From contig JAKEIB010000030.1 in NCBI GenBank assembly GCA_022614705.1, forward strand, positions 1 through 63,646: a stretch of DNA of 63,646 nt, in the 5' to 3' direction. Of this stretch, positions 45,404-55,413 are shown piece after piece. How positions within the stretch are numbered: position 1 is the first letter of the stretch; the number at the start of each line of letters is the position of its first letter. Source of the DNA: Planctomycetota bacterium. GTDB lineage: Bacteria > Planctomycetota > Planctomycetia > Pirellulales > Lacipirellulaceae. The notes beneath the pieces were generated by a model, which was not told where the DNA came from, did not search any database, and was given only the letters and a program-made list of their open reading frames with translations. A program made the translations under genes and the position numbers.

Positions 45404-45886
45404 TTACTCTTCCTCAAACCGAATCTCCAGAATCTCGAACCGGTTCACCCCCGCCGGCACTTCGACCTCCACGCGGTCTCCTACTTTCTTACCGACGAAT
45501 CCTTGGGCCAGCGGGCTAGCCACGTTAATGCGGCCAGTGTCGTAATCCTCTTCGCCGGCGCCGACGAGCGTGAATTCTTCCTTGTCGCCGAAGTCGAGGT
45601 CCTTCACGACGATCGTGCAGCCGAACGCGACCTGGTCCTTGGGCAGCTTGGCGTTGTCCATGATGGCGGCGCGGGCCAGCTTGTCTTTGAGCAAGTTGAT
45701 CTTGGCCTGCAGCAGCCCTTGCGATTCGCGGGCGCCGTGATACTCGGCATTTTCGCTCAAGTCGCCCTCCGCGCGAGCCGTCGCGATACGTTTCTCAATC
45801 TCCGGCATCCTCTCGTTCTGCAACTCGTCGAGCTCGGCTTTAAGCTTGTTATACCCGGTCCGGGTCATTGGAATGCGTTCAGACAT
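45404..45886 (-). CDS. greA: Transcription elongation factor GreA
   Basis: [16 protein letters not shown]...[18 protein letters not shown]...C-terminal FKBP-like domain. The start is ATG 45886 or 45868. Confidence 0.9.
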   Translation of the reverse strand: MSERIPMTRTGYNKLKAELDELQNERMPEIEKRIATARAEGDLSENAEYHGARESQGLLQAKINLLKDKLARAAIMDNAKLPKDQVAFGCTIVVKDLDFGDKEEFTLVGAGEEDYDTGRINVASPLAQGFVGKKVGDRVEVEVPAGVNRFEILEIRFEEE

Positions 45887-45918
45887 GGCAACACGTATTT
45901 CAGGTTTGCGACGGAAGC

Positions 45919-45949
45919 AAAAAAAACGGCCTTCCGCAGGGGGAAGACC
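45919..45949 (-). terminator. Rho-independent terminator downstream of the zinc-ribbon gene
   Basis: On the minus strand: ggtcttcc-ccctgc-ggaaggcc (8-bp stem with one G-U pair), then G and T8. Confidence 0.5.
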
Positions 45950-46067
45950 AATGCCAATGCGACTATTTTCGGCCTACCGGCGGCCAATGTAAAGGGCGAA
46001 TCGCAACGCTTCGTGGCGAGCCGCCAGGTTTGTCCCGGCGGAGTAAACCTGCCGATTCGCAACCAGG

Positions 46068-46772
46068 TCAATCAGTCGGCAGATACAGCAACCGCCCGCA
46101 CGACTTGCAGAACACGAGCTTCGAGAGCTTCAGCTCGTTCTGCATGTTGAGCGTGATCTGCTGGCCGCAGCCGTTGCAGACGCCGTCTTCGACAGCGGCC
46201 AGGCTGTCGGCGCCTTTGCTTCGGACGACGCGCTGATAGTCGGCTTTCAGATCGGAGGGCAGCGCCTTCTCCGCCTGTGCCAGCTCCGCCTCCAGCCGCG
46301 TGACGTCGGCGTGAATCGCGGCCGCCGACTCTTCGACGGTTTTGCGAGCCTTGTCCAACTCCTGCTTGCCGGCCGCGAGAGTTTTTTCAGCGTCCTTCAC
46401 GCCGACGGCATGCTGGTCGATCTTTTCCAGGCCCTCGAGAATTTCATCCGACAGAACGCTGCCTGCCATTTCAGCAGCGGCGATTTGTTCCAGCAGCGCT
46501 TGATATTCACGGTTGCTGTTGGCCGCGTTGAGCTTCACTCGAAGGTCGACCACCTTCTGTTCACCCGCCTTGAGATCGAGCTGCTTGCGGTCGACGCCCA
46601 TCTGCGTCTGCTTGGCCTTATCGCGAGCCTCTGCCAAGCGGGCTTCAAGCTGGGCGACATTCGACTCACGAGCGCGAACTTGTTTGGGGCCGCGTTCCAA
46701 GCGGTCGCGCAGCTCGGCCAGCTGCTGATGGATGCGGTGCAACTCCCGCAATGCGGCAGCGGTAATGCTCAT
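46068..46772 (-). CDS. Coiled-coil protein with C-terminal C4 zinc ribbon (COG1579-like)
   Basis: A long heptad-rich region followed by CNGCGQQI...CKSCGRLLY. Confidence 0.75.
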   Translation of the reverse strand: MSITAAALRELHRIHQQLAELRDRLERGPKQVRARESNVAQLEARLAEARDKAKQTQMGVDRKQLDLKAGEQKVVDLRVKLNAANSNREYQALLEQIAAAEMAGSVLSDEILEGLEKIDQHAVGVKDAEKTLAAGKQELDKARKTVEESAAAIHADVTRLEAELAQAEKALPSDLKADYQRVVRSKGADSLAAVEDGVCNGCGQQITLNMQNELKLSKLVFCKSCGRLLYLPTD

Positions 46773-46932
46773 GCGCGACCTCCCTGGTGTGAGCCGGTGA
46801 CTCGGATGATGCCGTCGTTTGATTAATGAAGAATGTTACCCTCATCATACCGCGAAAGTGCGACGAACAGAATTGGGGGAAAACTTGACGAAAAAAGCCG
46901 CCGGTCCGTGACCGGCGGCTGAAGGGGATACA

Positions 46933-46979
46933 CGTAGGCGAGTTTCTCCGAAATTCGGATTCGCGTGTCGGAGACACGC
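46933..46979. repeat. TIR-plus-two-hairpins element (ACGTAGGCGAG family), copy 2 (opposite orientation)
   Basis: cgtaggcgagtttctccgaaattcggattcgcgtgtcggagacacgc resembles the reverse complement of the 39451-39512 element. Confidence 0.75.
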
Positions 46980-46992
46980 GGCCACGTGGGCG

Positions 46993-48642
46993 TTACGCCG
47001 CCGCGGCGGAGACGCCTGGTACGAACGGTTCCAGGTAGCGGCTGCGGACCGGATTCTGCAGCTTGGCAACGGCTTTGGCCTCAATCTGCCGCACGCGTTC
47101 GCGGGTCACCTTGAAAATCCGGCCGACCTCTTCCAGCGTGTAGGAGTAGCCGTCGGCCAGGCCGTAACGCAAGCGAATAATCTCGCGTTCGCGGTACGTG
47201 AGCGTCTTGAGCAGCTCCTCGATTCGCTCACGCAACAGACCGTTGTTGGCCAACTTATGCGGCGCTTCGGTACCGGTGTCCTGCACGAACTCGCCGAAGC
47301 AGCCGTCCTCGCCTTCGCCGATCGGCCGGTCGAGGCTGATCGGATGGCGGCCGATGTCGAGCACGCGTTCGGTTTCCTCGAGCGTGACGCCCGCGGCCTC
47401 GGCCGTTTCCTCGGTCGTCGGTTCGCGGCCCATCTCCTGCAGCAGCTTCTTCGCTGCGTTGCGGAGCCGCATCAGCACGTCGATCATGTGGACCGGGATG
47501 CGAATCGTGCGGGCCTGGTCGGCAATCGCCCGCGTGATCGCCTGGCGGATCCACCACGTGGCGTACGTGGAGAACTTGAAGCCGCGGCGATACTCGTACT
47601 TGTCCACGGCCCGCATCAGGCCCGTGTTGCCTTCCTGGATGAGATCCAAAAAGCTCAGGCCGCGGTTACGGTACTTTTTGGCGATCGAAACGACGAGCCG
47701 CAAGTTGCCGCTGGAGAGCTCGCGCTTGACGTTCTCGAACTCCTGAAACTGGCCGCGAAGCTGTTTGCCGCGGCGACGCAGGCTAGCCGGGCTTTCTAGC
47801 GTGCGACGCATCAACTCGCGAAGCTCGTGGCGGACCGACGCGATTTTCTCGGCCGGCGCGCCGGCGCGGCGCAGCTCGGCAATTTGGCGGCGAAGCTCGT
47901 CCATGCGGTACGACGTTTCTTCGAGCTGGCGAATCAGCGGCTGAACGCGTCGGGTCCGCAGGCTCAGCTCCTCGACCAGCACGAGCATCTTCTCGCGCCT
48001 GCGGATGTAACGAACCCTCGCTTGCGTCTTCGCCTCCTGCGTCGCGCCGCGCCGCGTGAGCAGCGCAAAATCCTGCTGCTGGGCCGTCATCAAATGACGC
48101 AGCAGCGGCAGGTTATGCGGCATGCGGGCCTGCACCTGCTCCTTCGTGAGCCGTTCGGTGAGCGACACCTTGATCGTGCGATCGAACGGCAATTCGCCCT
48201 GATGCACGCGTTCCAGGGTTTTCACCGTCGCTTCGAGCGCGGCAAATGAGCGTAGCAAGTTGCGGCGGAAGCGCTTGCGGGTCAGCTCGATCTTCTTCGC
48301 CAGGCGGATTTCTTCTTCGCGCGTCAGCAGCGGAATGTTCGCCATTTGCGACAGGTACATGCGAATCGGATCGCTGGAACCCTGTGGCATGCCGTCGTTG
48401 AGAATGAACGAGCGGTCGCCGTCGCTTGCGACCTCTTGCTCTGCCAGCTCGCGGCGATGGGCGTCGGGACCGTCGACGAGCTCGATTCCCAGGCCGTCGA
48501 GAGCCGCGAGCAGCGAATCGATGCGCTCCGTGCCTTCGATTTCGTCGGGAAGGTAGCTGCTGACTTCCTCGTACGTGAGTTGGCCTTGGGCTTTGGCCTT
48601 GGTGATGAGTTCCTGCAAGCGGGCGTCGATTTGTTGTAACAT
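46993..48642 (-). CDS. rpoD: Primary RNA polymerase sigma factor (sigma-70, RpoD)
   Basis: Region 1.1/1.2, [54 protein letters not shown], and region 4 [23 protein letters not shown]. Confidence 0.95.
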   Translation of the reverse strand: MLQQIDARLQELITKAKAQGQLTYEEVSSYLPDEIEGTERIDSLLAALDGLGIELVDGPDAHRRELAEQEVASDGDRSFILNDGMPQGSSDPIRMYLSQMANIPLLTREEEIRLAKKIELTRKRFRRNLLRSFAALEATVKTLERVHQGELPFDRTIKVSLTERLTKEQVQARMPHNLPLLRHLMTAQQQDFALLTRRGATQEAKTQARVRYIRRREKMLVLVEELSLRTRRVQPLIRQLEETSYRMDELRRQIAELRRAGAPAEKIASVRHELRELMRRTLESPASLRRRGKQLRGQFQEFENVKRELSSGNLRLVVSIAKKYRNRGLSFLDLIQEGNTGLMRAVDKYEYRRGFKFSTYATWWIRQAITRAIADQARTIRIPVHMIDVLMRLRNAAKKLLQEMGREPTTEETAEAAGVTLEETERVLDIGRHPISLDRPIGEGEDGCFGEFVQDTGTEAPHKLANNGLLRERIEELLKTLTYREREIIRLRYGLADGYSYTLEEVGRIFKVTRERVRQIEAKAVAKLQNPVRSRYLEPFVPGVSAAAA

Positions 48643-48741
48643 CGTTCGGCTCCTCCCGCACTTCGTGTGCGGCTGGTCTGAGGTGGCGCTCTGGCCGGCG
48701 AGGGGCCTTGCCCTTCCGTAAGCAAGGAGCGGCCTGCCGGT

Positions 48742-48820
48742 GTGAATGACGAATGTCGGAATGACGAATGTTGGAATCGGGCTTCATTCGTCATTCGTCA
48801 TTTGCTCATTCGTCATTTGC
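48742..48820. repeat. Periodic-arm inverted repeat (unit AATGACG)
   Basis: Left arm gtgaatgacgaatgtcggaatgacgaatgttggaat. Right arm cttcattcgtcattcgtcatttgctcattcgtcatttgc. It lies in the rpoD-dnaG spacer. A related solo tract is at 12731-12767. Confidence 0.85.
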
Positions 48821-50715
48821 TACTTCTTCCTCCTTTCATACTCGCTGAGGTGTTTCGATTTTGATTGCTCGCAGAACTGGGCAAGCAGTTGTTCGGCGTC
48901 GCTGCCCTCCTGCCGCGCGGCGGCAAGGCGGGCGCGATCGGCGGTTTCTTCGCCGCGGCGACGATGCGTGTCGAGCAAATCGGCCAGCCAGCGCTCGCGG
49001 TCGGTTGACGCTTTGGTCGCGCACGATTCGTCCAGTTGGACCAGCAGGTTTTTCATGTCCGGGTTGTCGAATTCGGCCAAAAGGCGGCCAAAGTCGTTTT
49101 GCCAGCCGTCGTCGGCGAGGCGGCAACAGGCGGCGTAGATGCGTCGGGCGGCATCGGACGTGATCGTCGCTGGCTCGATGACGTCGGTCAGCCGCGTGAG
49201 TACCGACGGATCCAGAATCACAAGCTCCAAAAGCTCGCGATCCCACGCCGGCAAATCGGCCAGCCGTGGCACGGGCGAAGTTGGAGTAACGTTGATCGTG
49301 CTCGCCGCGGCGGTTTGTGTCGGCGCCGCGGTGCGACGACGGGCCTGGCGGCGCATCGTACTCAACCGGCTGCGGAGCTTTTCTTCCGGCAGGTGAAACT
49401 TCCGCGCGATCCGGCTAAGCATCTGCTCTTCGCGAAGCAGGGCCTGCGACGTGGCGCCGCCGCCGGTGGGGCGGATCGAGGCCAGCGTGGCCAGCAGTTG
49501 CTCGGCGGCTTGCGAGGCGCGATGCGTATCGGTGAGAGTGTCCAATCCGTTGGTCACCGTTCTGAATTTGTGTTCCAACGCGTCGACCGCTTGGGTCAAC
49601 AGTTGCCGGAACGGGTCGCTTCCATGCGTAGCAATAAAATCACACGGATCGAGTCCTTCTGGCAAGGTCAGAATCCGCAGATCGATCAGATTTTTTTCAA
49701 ACAGTGCCAGCAGGTTGTCGAGGATTTCGTTCGTGCGACGCCGGCCCGCTTCGTCGCCATCCAAGACGAGCGTGATGCTATCGGTGTAACGGCGCAGAAG
49801 TTGCAAATGCCGCTCGCCGAGCGCGGTGCCAAGCACGGCGACGCAATTATCGATGCCGTGTTGATGGGCCATGAGGCAGTCGGTATAGCCTTCCATGACG
49901 ATCGCGCCGCCGGCTGCCTTAAAATTGTCGCGGGCAATGTCGAGGCCGTACAACTCGCGGCTTTTGGAGAAGAGCGGCGTTTCGGGCGAATTGATGTATT
50001 TGGCCGAGCGCTCGTCCGCTAGCTGTGGCAGCACGCGGCCGCCGAACGCGATGGGCCGCGAACGGGCGTCGCGAATCGAGAACATCACCCGGCCGCGGAA
50101 CCAATCGTAGAAGCCGCCGCCTAGCTCCTTGCGGCGCAACAGGCCGACGCGTTCCAGGATCGCGGGCGTCCACTCGGTGTCGCGGGCGCGTTCGAGAATC
50201 CAGTCCCAACGATCGAGGGCGAAGCCGAGGTGGAAACGGCGGATGCTTTCCGGCGTGATGCCTCGGTCGGCGAGGTAGCGCCGGCCGGGTTCCGCTTCGG
50301 GCGCGCCGAGGAGACAGCGGTGGAATTGGTCTTCGGCCCAGGCGGTGACGCGGTAGAGGGTGCGCTTGTCGTCACTCGGGTCAGCGAGCCGGGTCGTCCC
50401 CGACCCCGGTTGCGTCGCTGCTCGCAATTGAATGCCGGCGCGCTCAGCCAGCAGTTCGAGCGCCTCGCGAAACTCGAGGCCTTCGGCCTTCATCGCGAAG
50501 CTGAAGACATCGCCGCCCAGGTCGCATACCCAGCACTTAAACGACTGGCGGTCGGGGTTCACCTGCAGGCTGGGCCGGCTGTCGTCGTGCCACGGGCAGA
50601 GGCCCACGAAGTTTCGCCCCTGGCGGCGAAGCTGCACGTAGCTGCCCACGAGGTCGACAATGTCGACGGCCTGCCGGACCTGCTCCTTCGCGTCGAATGC
50701 CGGGCCAATATTCAC
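48820..50715 (-). CDS. dnaG: DNA primase
   Basis: Zinc finger CPWHDDSRPSLQVNPDRQSFKCWVC and TOPRIM VMEGYTDCL...DGDEAGRR. GTG 50715 is preceded by GGAGGA. The ORF is open to 50775. Confidence 0.9.
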   Translation of the reverse strand: MNIGPAFDAKEQVRQAVDIVDLVGSYVQLRRQGRNFVGLCPWHDDSRPSLQVNPDRQSFKCWVCDLGGDVFSFAMKAEGLEFREALELLAERAGIQLRAATQPGSGTTRLADPSDDKRTLYRVTAWAEDQFHRCLLGAPEAEPGRRYLADRGITPESIRRFHLGFALDRWDWILERARDTEWTPAILERVGLLRRKELGGGFYDWFRGRVMFSIRDARSRPIAFGGRVLPQLADERSAKYINSPETPLFSKSRELYGLDIARDNFKAAGGAIVMEGYTDCLMAHQHGIDNCVAVLGTALGERHLQLLRRYTDSITLVLDGDEAGRRRTNEILDNLLALFEKNLIDLRILTLPEGLDPCDFIATHGSDPFRQLLTQAVDALEHKFRTVTNGLDTLTDTHRASQAAEQLLATLASIRPTGGGATSQALLREEQMLSRIARKFHLPEEKLRSRLSTMRRQARRRTAAPTQTAAASTINVTPTSPVPRLADLPAWDRELLELVILDPSVLTRLTDVIEPATITSDAARRIYAACCRLADDGWQNDFGRLLAEFDNPDMKNLLVQLDESCATKASTDRERWLADLLDTHRRRGEETADRARLAAARQEGSDAEQLLAQFCEQSKSKHLSEYERRKK

Positions 50716-50778
50716 GAATGTCCTCCGATGACAAGCCAATCCGCAAGCGTAGCGCCGTGCGCTCGCGAGGAACAATTC

Positions 50779-52011
50779 TCAATTATCCGGATGGGCCTCG
50801 ACTTGAACATCGAGCGCGATTTGTTTTTTCTCGCCGCCGCCCTCGCGCACCAGGAGCAGCTTGGCGGTGGAACCGATTTGCGTGGCAGCAATGGCCCGGC
50901 TCAATAGCGTGGGATCGGTCGCAACGTGCTCGTTCCACTTGAGAATCACGTCGCCTGTCCGCACCCCCGCACGGCCCGCCGGGGCGCTCGCGCGCACTTC
51001 GCCGACGTACACGCCTTCTCCCTGATTAAGACCAAGCTGCTGGCGCACGTCGCTGGGCACGTCGAGCGGCTCGATCCCGAGCCAAGCGCGGTCAATGTGT
51101 CCGTTGGTCTTCAGTTCCTCGTACCGTTCTCTCGCAAGAGCGCTCGGTATCGCGAAGCTGATCCCCTGATACGCGTTACCGAAGATGGCCGCGTTGATGC
51201 CGACGACCCGGCCTTCGATATTCACCAGCGGCCCACCGCTGTTGCCTGGGTTCACGGCCGCGTCGGTTTGCAAGTATTCCTGATAGAGACTGCCGCTGAC
51301 GTGACTGCTACTGCGACGCGACTTGGCGCTGATGATTCCAAACGTCAAGCTGCGCTCCAGGCCGTACGGACTGCCCAGGGCCCAAACCAGATCGCCCACC
51401 TGAAGTTTGTCGCTGTCGCCCCATTCGGCCGCGATGAGGTTGCTGAGATCGATCTTCAACACGGCGATGTCCATCATTCGGTCGGCCCCGACTACCGAGG
51501 CATCGGTCGTGCGGAGATCGCTAAGCCGGACCTGGACAGTGCCGGCGCCTTCAATGACGTGCGCATTGGTGACTATGTAACCCGACTTATCAACAATGAC
51601 ACCGGATCCTTGGCCGTTGATTCCCCGCCGGCCGGGTCGCACGATGCTCACCACGCTGGGCTCGACCCGTTTGGCGACCAGCCGCGACGCCAGCTCCAAA
51701 TCGTTGAGCCGCGGCTTGAGCGTGTCGAGCGTGGTCGTGGCCACGTCGTAGCCGGCCCGCAATTCGTTGTACGTCGACTGATACACGAACCGGCCGACCA
51801 GGAACGGGCCCAGCAACACCAACGCGAAAAGAAAAAGCAGGACCCAGGGAACCGTTGACCGTCCTGATGCGGGCCGTTCCTGACGCGGTCGCGGCGGAAC
51901 GGGTTCTTCCGCCGACGCCGTTGGTGCGGACCGTGCCGCCGGCGCGGACCAGGACGCTAGTTCGCCTGGCGGCAAGGGCGGATTCGCAGCTTGATCGATT
52001 GCGTCGTCCAT
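50779..52011 (-). CDS. HtrA/DegP-family trypsin-like serine protease with one PDZ domain
   Basis: TM anchor, GSGVIVDKSGYIVTNAHV, DIAVLKI and GNSGGPLVN (catalytic Ser), then a PDZ-like C-terminus. ATG 52011 is preceded by GGAAGGA. The 658-aa ORF extension is Arg-rich and non-protein-like. Confidence 0.85.
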   Translation of the reverse strand: MDDAIDQAANPPLPPGELASWSAPAARSAPTASAEEPVPPRPRQERPASGRSTVPWVLLFLFALVLLGPFLVGRFVYQSTYNELRAGYDVATTTLDTLKPRLNDLELASRLVAKRVEPSVVSIVRPGRRGINGQGSGVIVDKSGYIVTNAHVIEGAGTVQVRLSDLRTTDASVVGADRMMDIAVLKIDLSNLIAAEWGDSDKLQVGDLVWALGSPYGLERSLTFGIISAKSRRSSSHVSGSLYQEYLQTDAAVNPGNSGGPLVNIEGRVVGINAAIFGNAYQGISFAIPSALARERYEELKTNGHIDRAWLGIEPLDVPSDVRQQLGLNQGEGVYVGEVRASAPAGRAGVRTGDVILKWNEHVATDPTLLSRAIAATQIGSTAKLLLVREGGGEKKQIALDVQVEAHPDN

Positions 52012-52293
52012 TCCTTCCACATGCCATCGGGGCCGCGAGCTAGAAGTGTTTCGGCGGCACGCGTGCCGCTCGTTGTTGATTATAAAGGTCGGCCACAAAA
52101 AAGGCGATTGGCGGCTGCCCGGCCGCCGCTGTAATTGGCACGACCGCCACAACCGCCATGCCGAAAGCCCGCTTTTTGCTACCGTCCGGCTGGGGAAAAC
52201 GCCGCCCCGTAACGTAACTTTTTGTAACCGTTGATTCCTCCGTGGAATCGCCCGTTTTTCCCACGTCACAGCACCAAAAATCACGCGCGACTT

Positions 52294-53454
52294 ATGCGAG
52301 ACAACCAAAACTTCGACGATCTGCCGGACGTGTTCTCGGACGCTTCGTTCTCCGCGGCGACGCTTGAGCTGGAAGGCGAGTTGGACACGTGCCTGGCCAA
52401 GCCGAGCGAGCCGCGGTGTGAAAATTGTGATGCGCCGATGATGTCGGACGCCGTGACGATTTGCCGCCGCTGTGGTTGGTATTCCAGTCTCGGCATGTGT
52501 GTCGAGCTGGATCAAAAGTGGGAATCGGATACCAACGTGGCTGAAGGCGCCCCCTCGACCGAGCCGCAAAAGTCGCATGTTCGCGTGTGGCTCGATCTGA
52601 TGCCGCGTTGGAGTTGGACAATTATCGCCAGCGTGCTGGTGGTCGTCATCGAGAGCGTGGCGGTTCGCTTCGCAACGCCAGAAGACGGAGGATTGCGGAC
52701 GGCGTGGTCGCTTGCGCAGCTTGGGCTGGGAGTCATCGCCGTGGCCGCGTGTCACATCTTCAACTTCGTGGTGCTAGCCGCCGAAGACGCCGACTTTGGC
52801 GTGATGGACCTGTTCGTGAAGCCACTCAAGCTTTGGTTGCGGGCCGTGCGCTATTTGCCGACCCGACTCTGGGTCGCCAATACGGCTGCTTGCGGCTTGG
52901 CGGCCATTATCATGTCGCTCGTCGTCATCCGAGGCATCCCCTACGAACGCCTCTGGGATTGGGGCTTCGAGCAGCCGGTGAAGCAGGACCTGATGGGCGC
53001 GGTGATGGACCGGGCCAAAGAGCTCGACAGTCGCAACGACGACGACCTCGAGGAAGCTATCGGCGACTTCGCCGGCAGCCAGGACGCCGCAGCGGGTGGC
53101 GAGCTGCCCAAAGCGACGCCGCCCAAGCCTCGCACGAAATCGGATTGCGTGATCCTGGGCTATCAAGTCGATCGCGACGGCCGGCTCTCCACGTTGCTGC
53201 TCGGTTCGGCCCGTCGCGGCAAACTCACCTACGCCGGACGCGTCACGCCGGAGATGTCGGACGACGAGCTCAGTTCGCTATTGATGGAACTCACCGCCAT
53301 CAAGAGCCTTCAACCATTCATTTCGATTGAAGCCGAAGCGACATGGGTGAAGCCGAAGTTCACGTGCCGCATAACCTACGGCGAACGCCTCAAGGGCGGA
53401 CAACTTCGCGACGTGAAGTGGGACCGGCTGCTCGGCTCGATGAAGACGAATTGA
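52294..53454 (+). CDS. Zinc-ribbon / multi-TM protein with C-terminal ATP-dependent DNA ligase OB-fold domain only
   Basis: CENCDAPM...CRRCGWY, then 3-4 hydrophobic segments and an acidic linker. The C-terminal CVILGYQVDRDGRLSTLLLGSARRGKLTYAGRVTPEMSDDEL...ATWVKPKFTCRITYGERLKGGQLRDVKWDRLL matches the C-terminal OB domain pattern of LigD/Lig-type ligases. No adenylation (KxDG) motif is present. Confidence 0.6.
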   Translation: MRDNQNFDDLPDVFSDASFSAATLELEGELDTCLAKPSEPRCENCDAPMMSDAVTICRRCGWYSSLGMCVELDQKWESDTNVAEGAPSTEPQKSHVRVWLDLMPRWSWTIIASVLVVVIESVAVRFATPEDGGLRTAWSLAQLGLGVIAVAACHIFNFVVLAAEDADFGVMDLFVKPLKLWLRAVRYLPTRLWVANTAACGLAAIIMSLVVIRGIPYERLWDWGFEQPVKQDLMGAVMDRAKELDSRNDDDLEEAIGDFAGSQDAAAGGELPKATPPKPRTKSDCVILGYQVDRDGRLSTLLLGSARRGKLTYAGRVTPEMSDDELSSLLMELTAIKSLQPFISIEAEATWVKPKFTCRITYGERLKGGQLRDVKWDRLLGSMKTN

Positions 53455-53490
53455 CACTGTCGCTGGCGGCTGCGACGCCGGACTTTCCAT

Positions 53491-53574
53491 CTGTAGCTGG
53501 CGCCTATGACGCCGGACTTTCATCAGTGACCGCACGAATCGCAAAGTAGCCGGCCTCATAGAGGCCAGCTACAG
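53491..53574. repeat. BIME-like element, copy 5 (variant left hairpin)
   Basis: ctgtagctggcgcctatgacgccggac...gtagccggcctcatagaggccagctacag. Confidence 0.8.
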
Positions 53575-53612
53575 CGGTAGTCACCGCTTTGCGATCCCAT
53601 TATGCTCCACGC

Positions 53613-54368
53613 ATGGCACTCGAGCCGCACGAGTTAGACAAACTGTATCTGCCGGCGGACGCTGAACTTCAGCCTTTGCCCGACGACGTCGGCCTTTCGA
53701 CGCCGCGATTCTTGCCGCCGCCGACGCTCAGCACGCCCGAAGGATTCGTGTGCGTCGGCGGCCGACTGTCGCCCGACTGGCTGCTGGACGCGTACTCCCA
53801 CGGCATCTTCCCCTGGCCGATGTCGGCCGATGAGCCGATTACTTGGTGTTCGCCCGATCCTCGCGGCATCATCGAACTAGACAACCTTCATGTATCGCGG
53901 CGATTGCGACGCACGCTGCGCAGCGGCAAGTTTCAAGCCACCTGCGACCGCGATTTCAAAAGCGTCATTCAAGCCTGCGCGACGGTGGGCGATCGGCGAT
54001 ACGGCACGTGGATTACGCCCGCGATGATCGAGGCGTACTGCCGCATGCACGAACTCGGGCACGCGCACAGCATCGAAGTTTGGCACGAGAATCGACTCGT
54101 CGGCGGCGCCTACGGCGTTGCGGTCGGCGGCCTTTTTGCCGCCGAGAGCATGTTCTATCGCGAGCGCGACGCCTCGAAGATAGCGCTCGCCCATCTGGTC
54201 GCCCACCTGCGGACACGAGGCTACAAACTGTTCGACGTCCAACAATGGACGCCACACACCGCAAGGATGGGCGCGATACAGATACCGCGGATCGAATATC
54301 TTCGCCGGTTGGCCAGCGTCGTGGACTTGCCCGTCACGTTTGGTGAGCAACTTGAGGGCCAGACGTAG
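53613..54368 (+). CDS. aat: Leucyl/phenylalanyl-tRNA--protein transferase
   Basis: GIFPWP, WCSPDPRGII, TWITPAMIEAYCRMHELGHAHSIEVWHENRLVGGAYGVAVGGLFAAESMF. An alternative TTG start lies at 53589. Confidence 0.85.
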   Translation: MALEPHELDKLYLPADAELQPLPDDVGLSTPRFLPPPTLSTPEGFVCVGGRLSPDWLLDAYSHGIFPWPMSADEPITWCSPDPRGIIELDNLHVSRRLRRTLRSGKFQATCDRDFKSVIQACATVGDRRYGTWITPAMIEAYCRMHELGHAHSIEVWHENRLVGGAYGVAVGGLFAAESMFYRERDASKIALAHLVAHLRTRGYKLFDVQQWTPHTARMGAIQIPRIEYLRRLASVVDLPVTFGEQLEGQT

Positions 54369-55293
54369 TCTCGTCCGCCGCGGCGGATTGCGACTGAGCA
54401 ACCCCCGCGCGGAGTACATCAACGCGTTCGCCCGTCCACCACTGGCGAAAATCGATCACCGCGTCGGCGAGTCGCGACCGTTCTTCATCGGCAAGTTCGA
54501 ACAGCAGCGTTTTCTGTTCGTCATCGTCGGTTGCATCAACCCAGTCGCTCAATCGGGCAATTGCCGTCACATGATCCTGCACTGTGCCAAGACGTTCTTG
54601 CAACTCCTCAACAATCGGGTACTGCTCGTTTCGCAGTTCCGCCCCAAACGCCGCGGCCACCAGCTCGATCGTGTAACGTAGCGCCTTTGCGCGAATTCGA
54701 AATTGGTGCAATGCAGCCGTGTCGGCCGACTCATCGGGCAGCGCCGCGAAGAAGCGCTCTGCCGATGCGCTGAGTCGCTCAACGGCCCAGCCGCGAAACG
54801 TCACCGGCTGGCAGTTCTCGCGCCTCGGTGCTTCGATTTTCGCCAGCAGCTTGCCCGTTTTGCGGACGAATCGATCACCGCGCCGACAGCGCTGCGCGAT
54901 GGCGACGATGGCCGGCTGGACCGCTTTGCGCCGTTCGACAATCATCGCGACGACCGGCGCGGCTCGCTCGCCGTAGTCGCGTGCGAGTCGTTCGGCAAGC
55001 ACGTCCAGATCGCGCGCATCGCCGGCGGCGCGGCGAACTTTCTTGAGCCGCTTTTTCAGCCACTGCGCCCGCTTACGCGGCAACCAGTCACGATAAAGCT
55101 TGAGCGCCGCCATCGCCCGCCGCGTGCTCACGCGCAGCCGATGGACGTGTTCCACGTCGTGCTCGGCCAAATGGGCCGCCAGCGGCAACGCGCGTGCGAC
55201 GGCCGTCAAACGCGCTTCAAGCGATCGGCGCGCGGCATTGGCCACGCTGTCGTCGGCCCCAATGCCGTCGATCCATTTGCCGTTGGCGATCAT
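54334..55293 (-). CDS. CHAD domain protein
   Basis: Repeated VHRLRVSTRRAMAALKLY and LHQFRIRAKALRYTIE helices typical of CHAD. The 3' end overlaps the aat 3' end by 35 nt. Confidence 0.8.
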   Translation of the reverse strand: MIANGKWIDGIGADDSVANAARRSLEARLTAVARALPLAAHLAEHDVEHVHRLRVSTRRAMAALKLYRDWLPRKRAQWLKKRLKKVRRAAGDARDLDVLAERLARDYGERAAPVVAMIVERRKAVQPAIVAIAQRCRRGDRFVRKTGKLLAKIEAPRRENCQPVTFRGWAVERLSASAERFFAALPDESADTAALHQFRIRAKALRYTIELVAAAFGAELRNEQYPIVEELQERLGTVQDHVTAIARLSDWVDATDDDEQKTLLFELADEERSRLADAVIDFRQWWTGERVDVLRAGVAQSQSAAADETTSGPQVAHQT

Positions 55294-55303
55294 AGCTCCC
55301 TAT

Positions 55304-55406
55304 TGTAGCTGGCCTCTTTGAGGCCGGCACTTCTGTAGTTTGACTCCACTGGCCCGTCGCTGGCGGCCGCCAAGTCACCAACCGGGGTCACAGACCCCGG
55401 CTACAG
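55304..55406. repeat. BIME-like element, copy 6 (inverted orientation, long linker)
   Basis: tgtagctggcctctttgaggccggc...ccggggtcacagaccccggctacag. Confidence 0.85.
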
Positions 55407-55413
55407 ATTGAAG

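Noticed and set aside
49036-50022. 328-aa plus-strand ORF opposite dnaG. The same situation occurs at 18990-19856 (opposite uvrD), 57527-58696 (opposite pyrD), 54703-55308 (opposite the CHAD gene), 32073-32978 and 33336-34067 (opposite the barrel paralogs)
   Set aside because: All are antisense shadows of confidently identified genes in high-GC DNA. They lack motifs and have skewed Arg/Gly/Ala content.
52012-52755. 248-codon upstream extension of the htrA-like ORF
   Set aside because: It is Arg/His-rich with no protease-family similarity, and it overlaps the divergent gene. ATG 52011 has an SD-like GGAAGGA and gives a typical TM-anchored HtrA.
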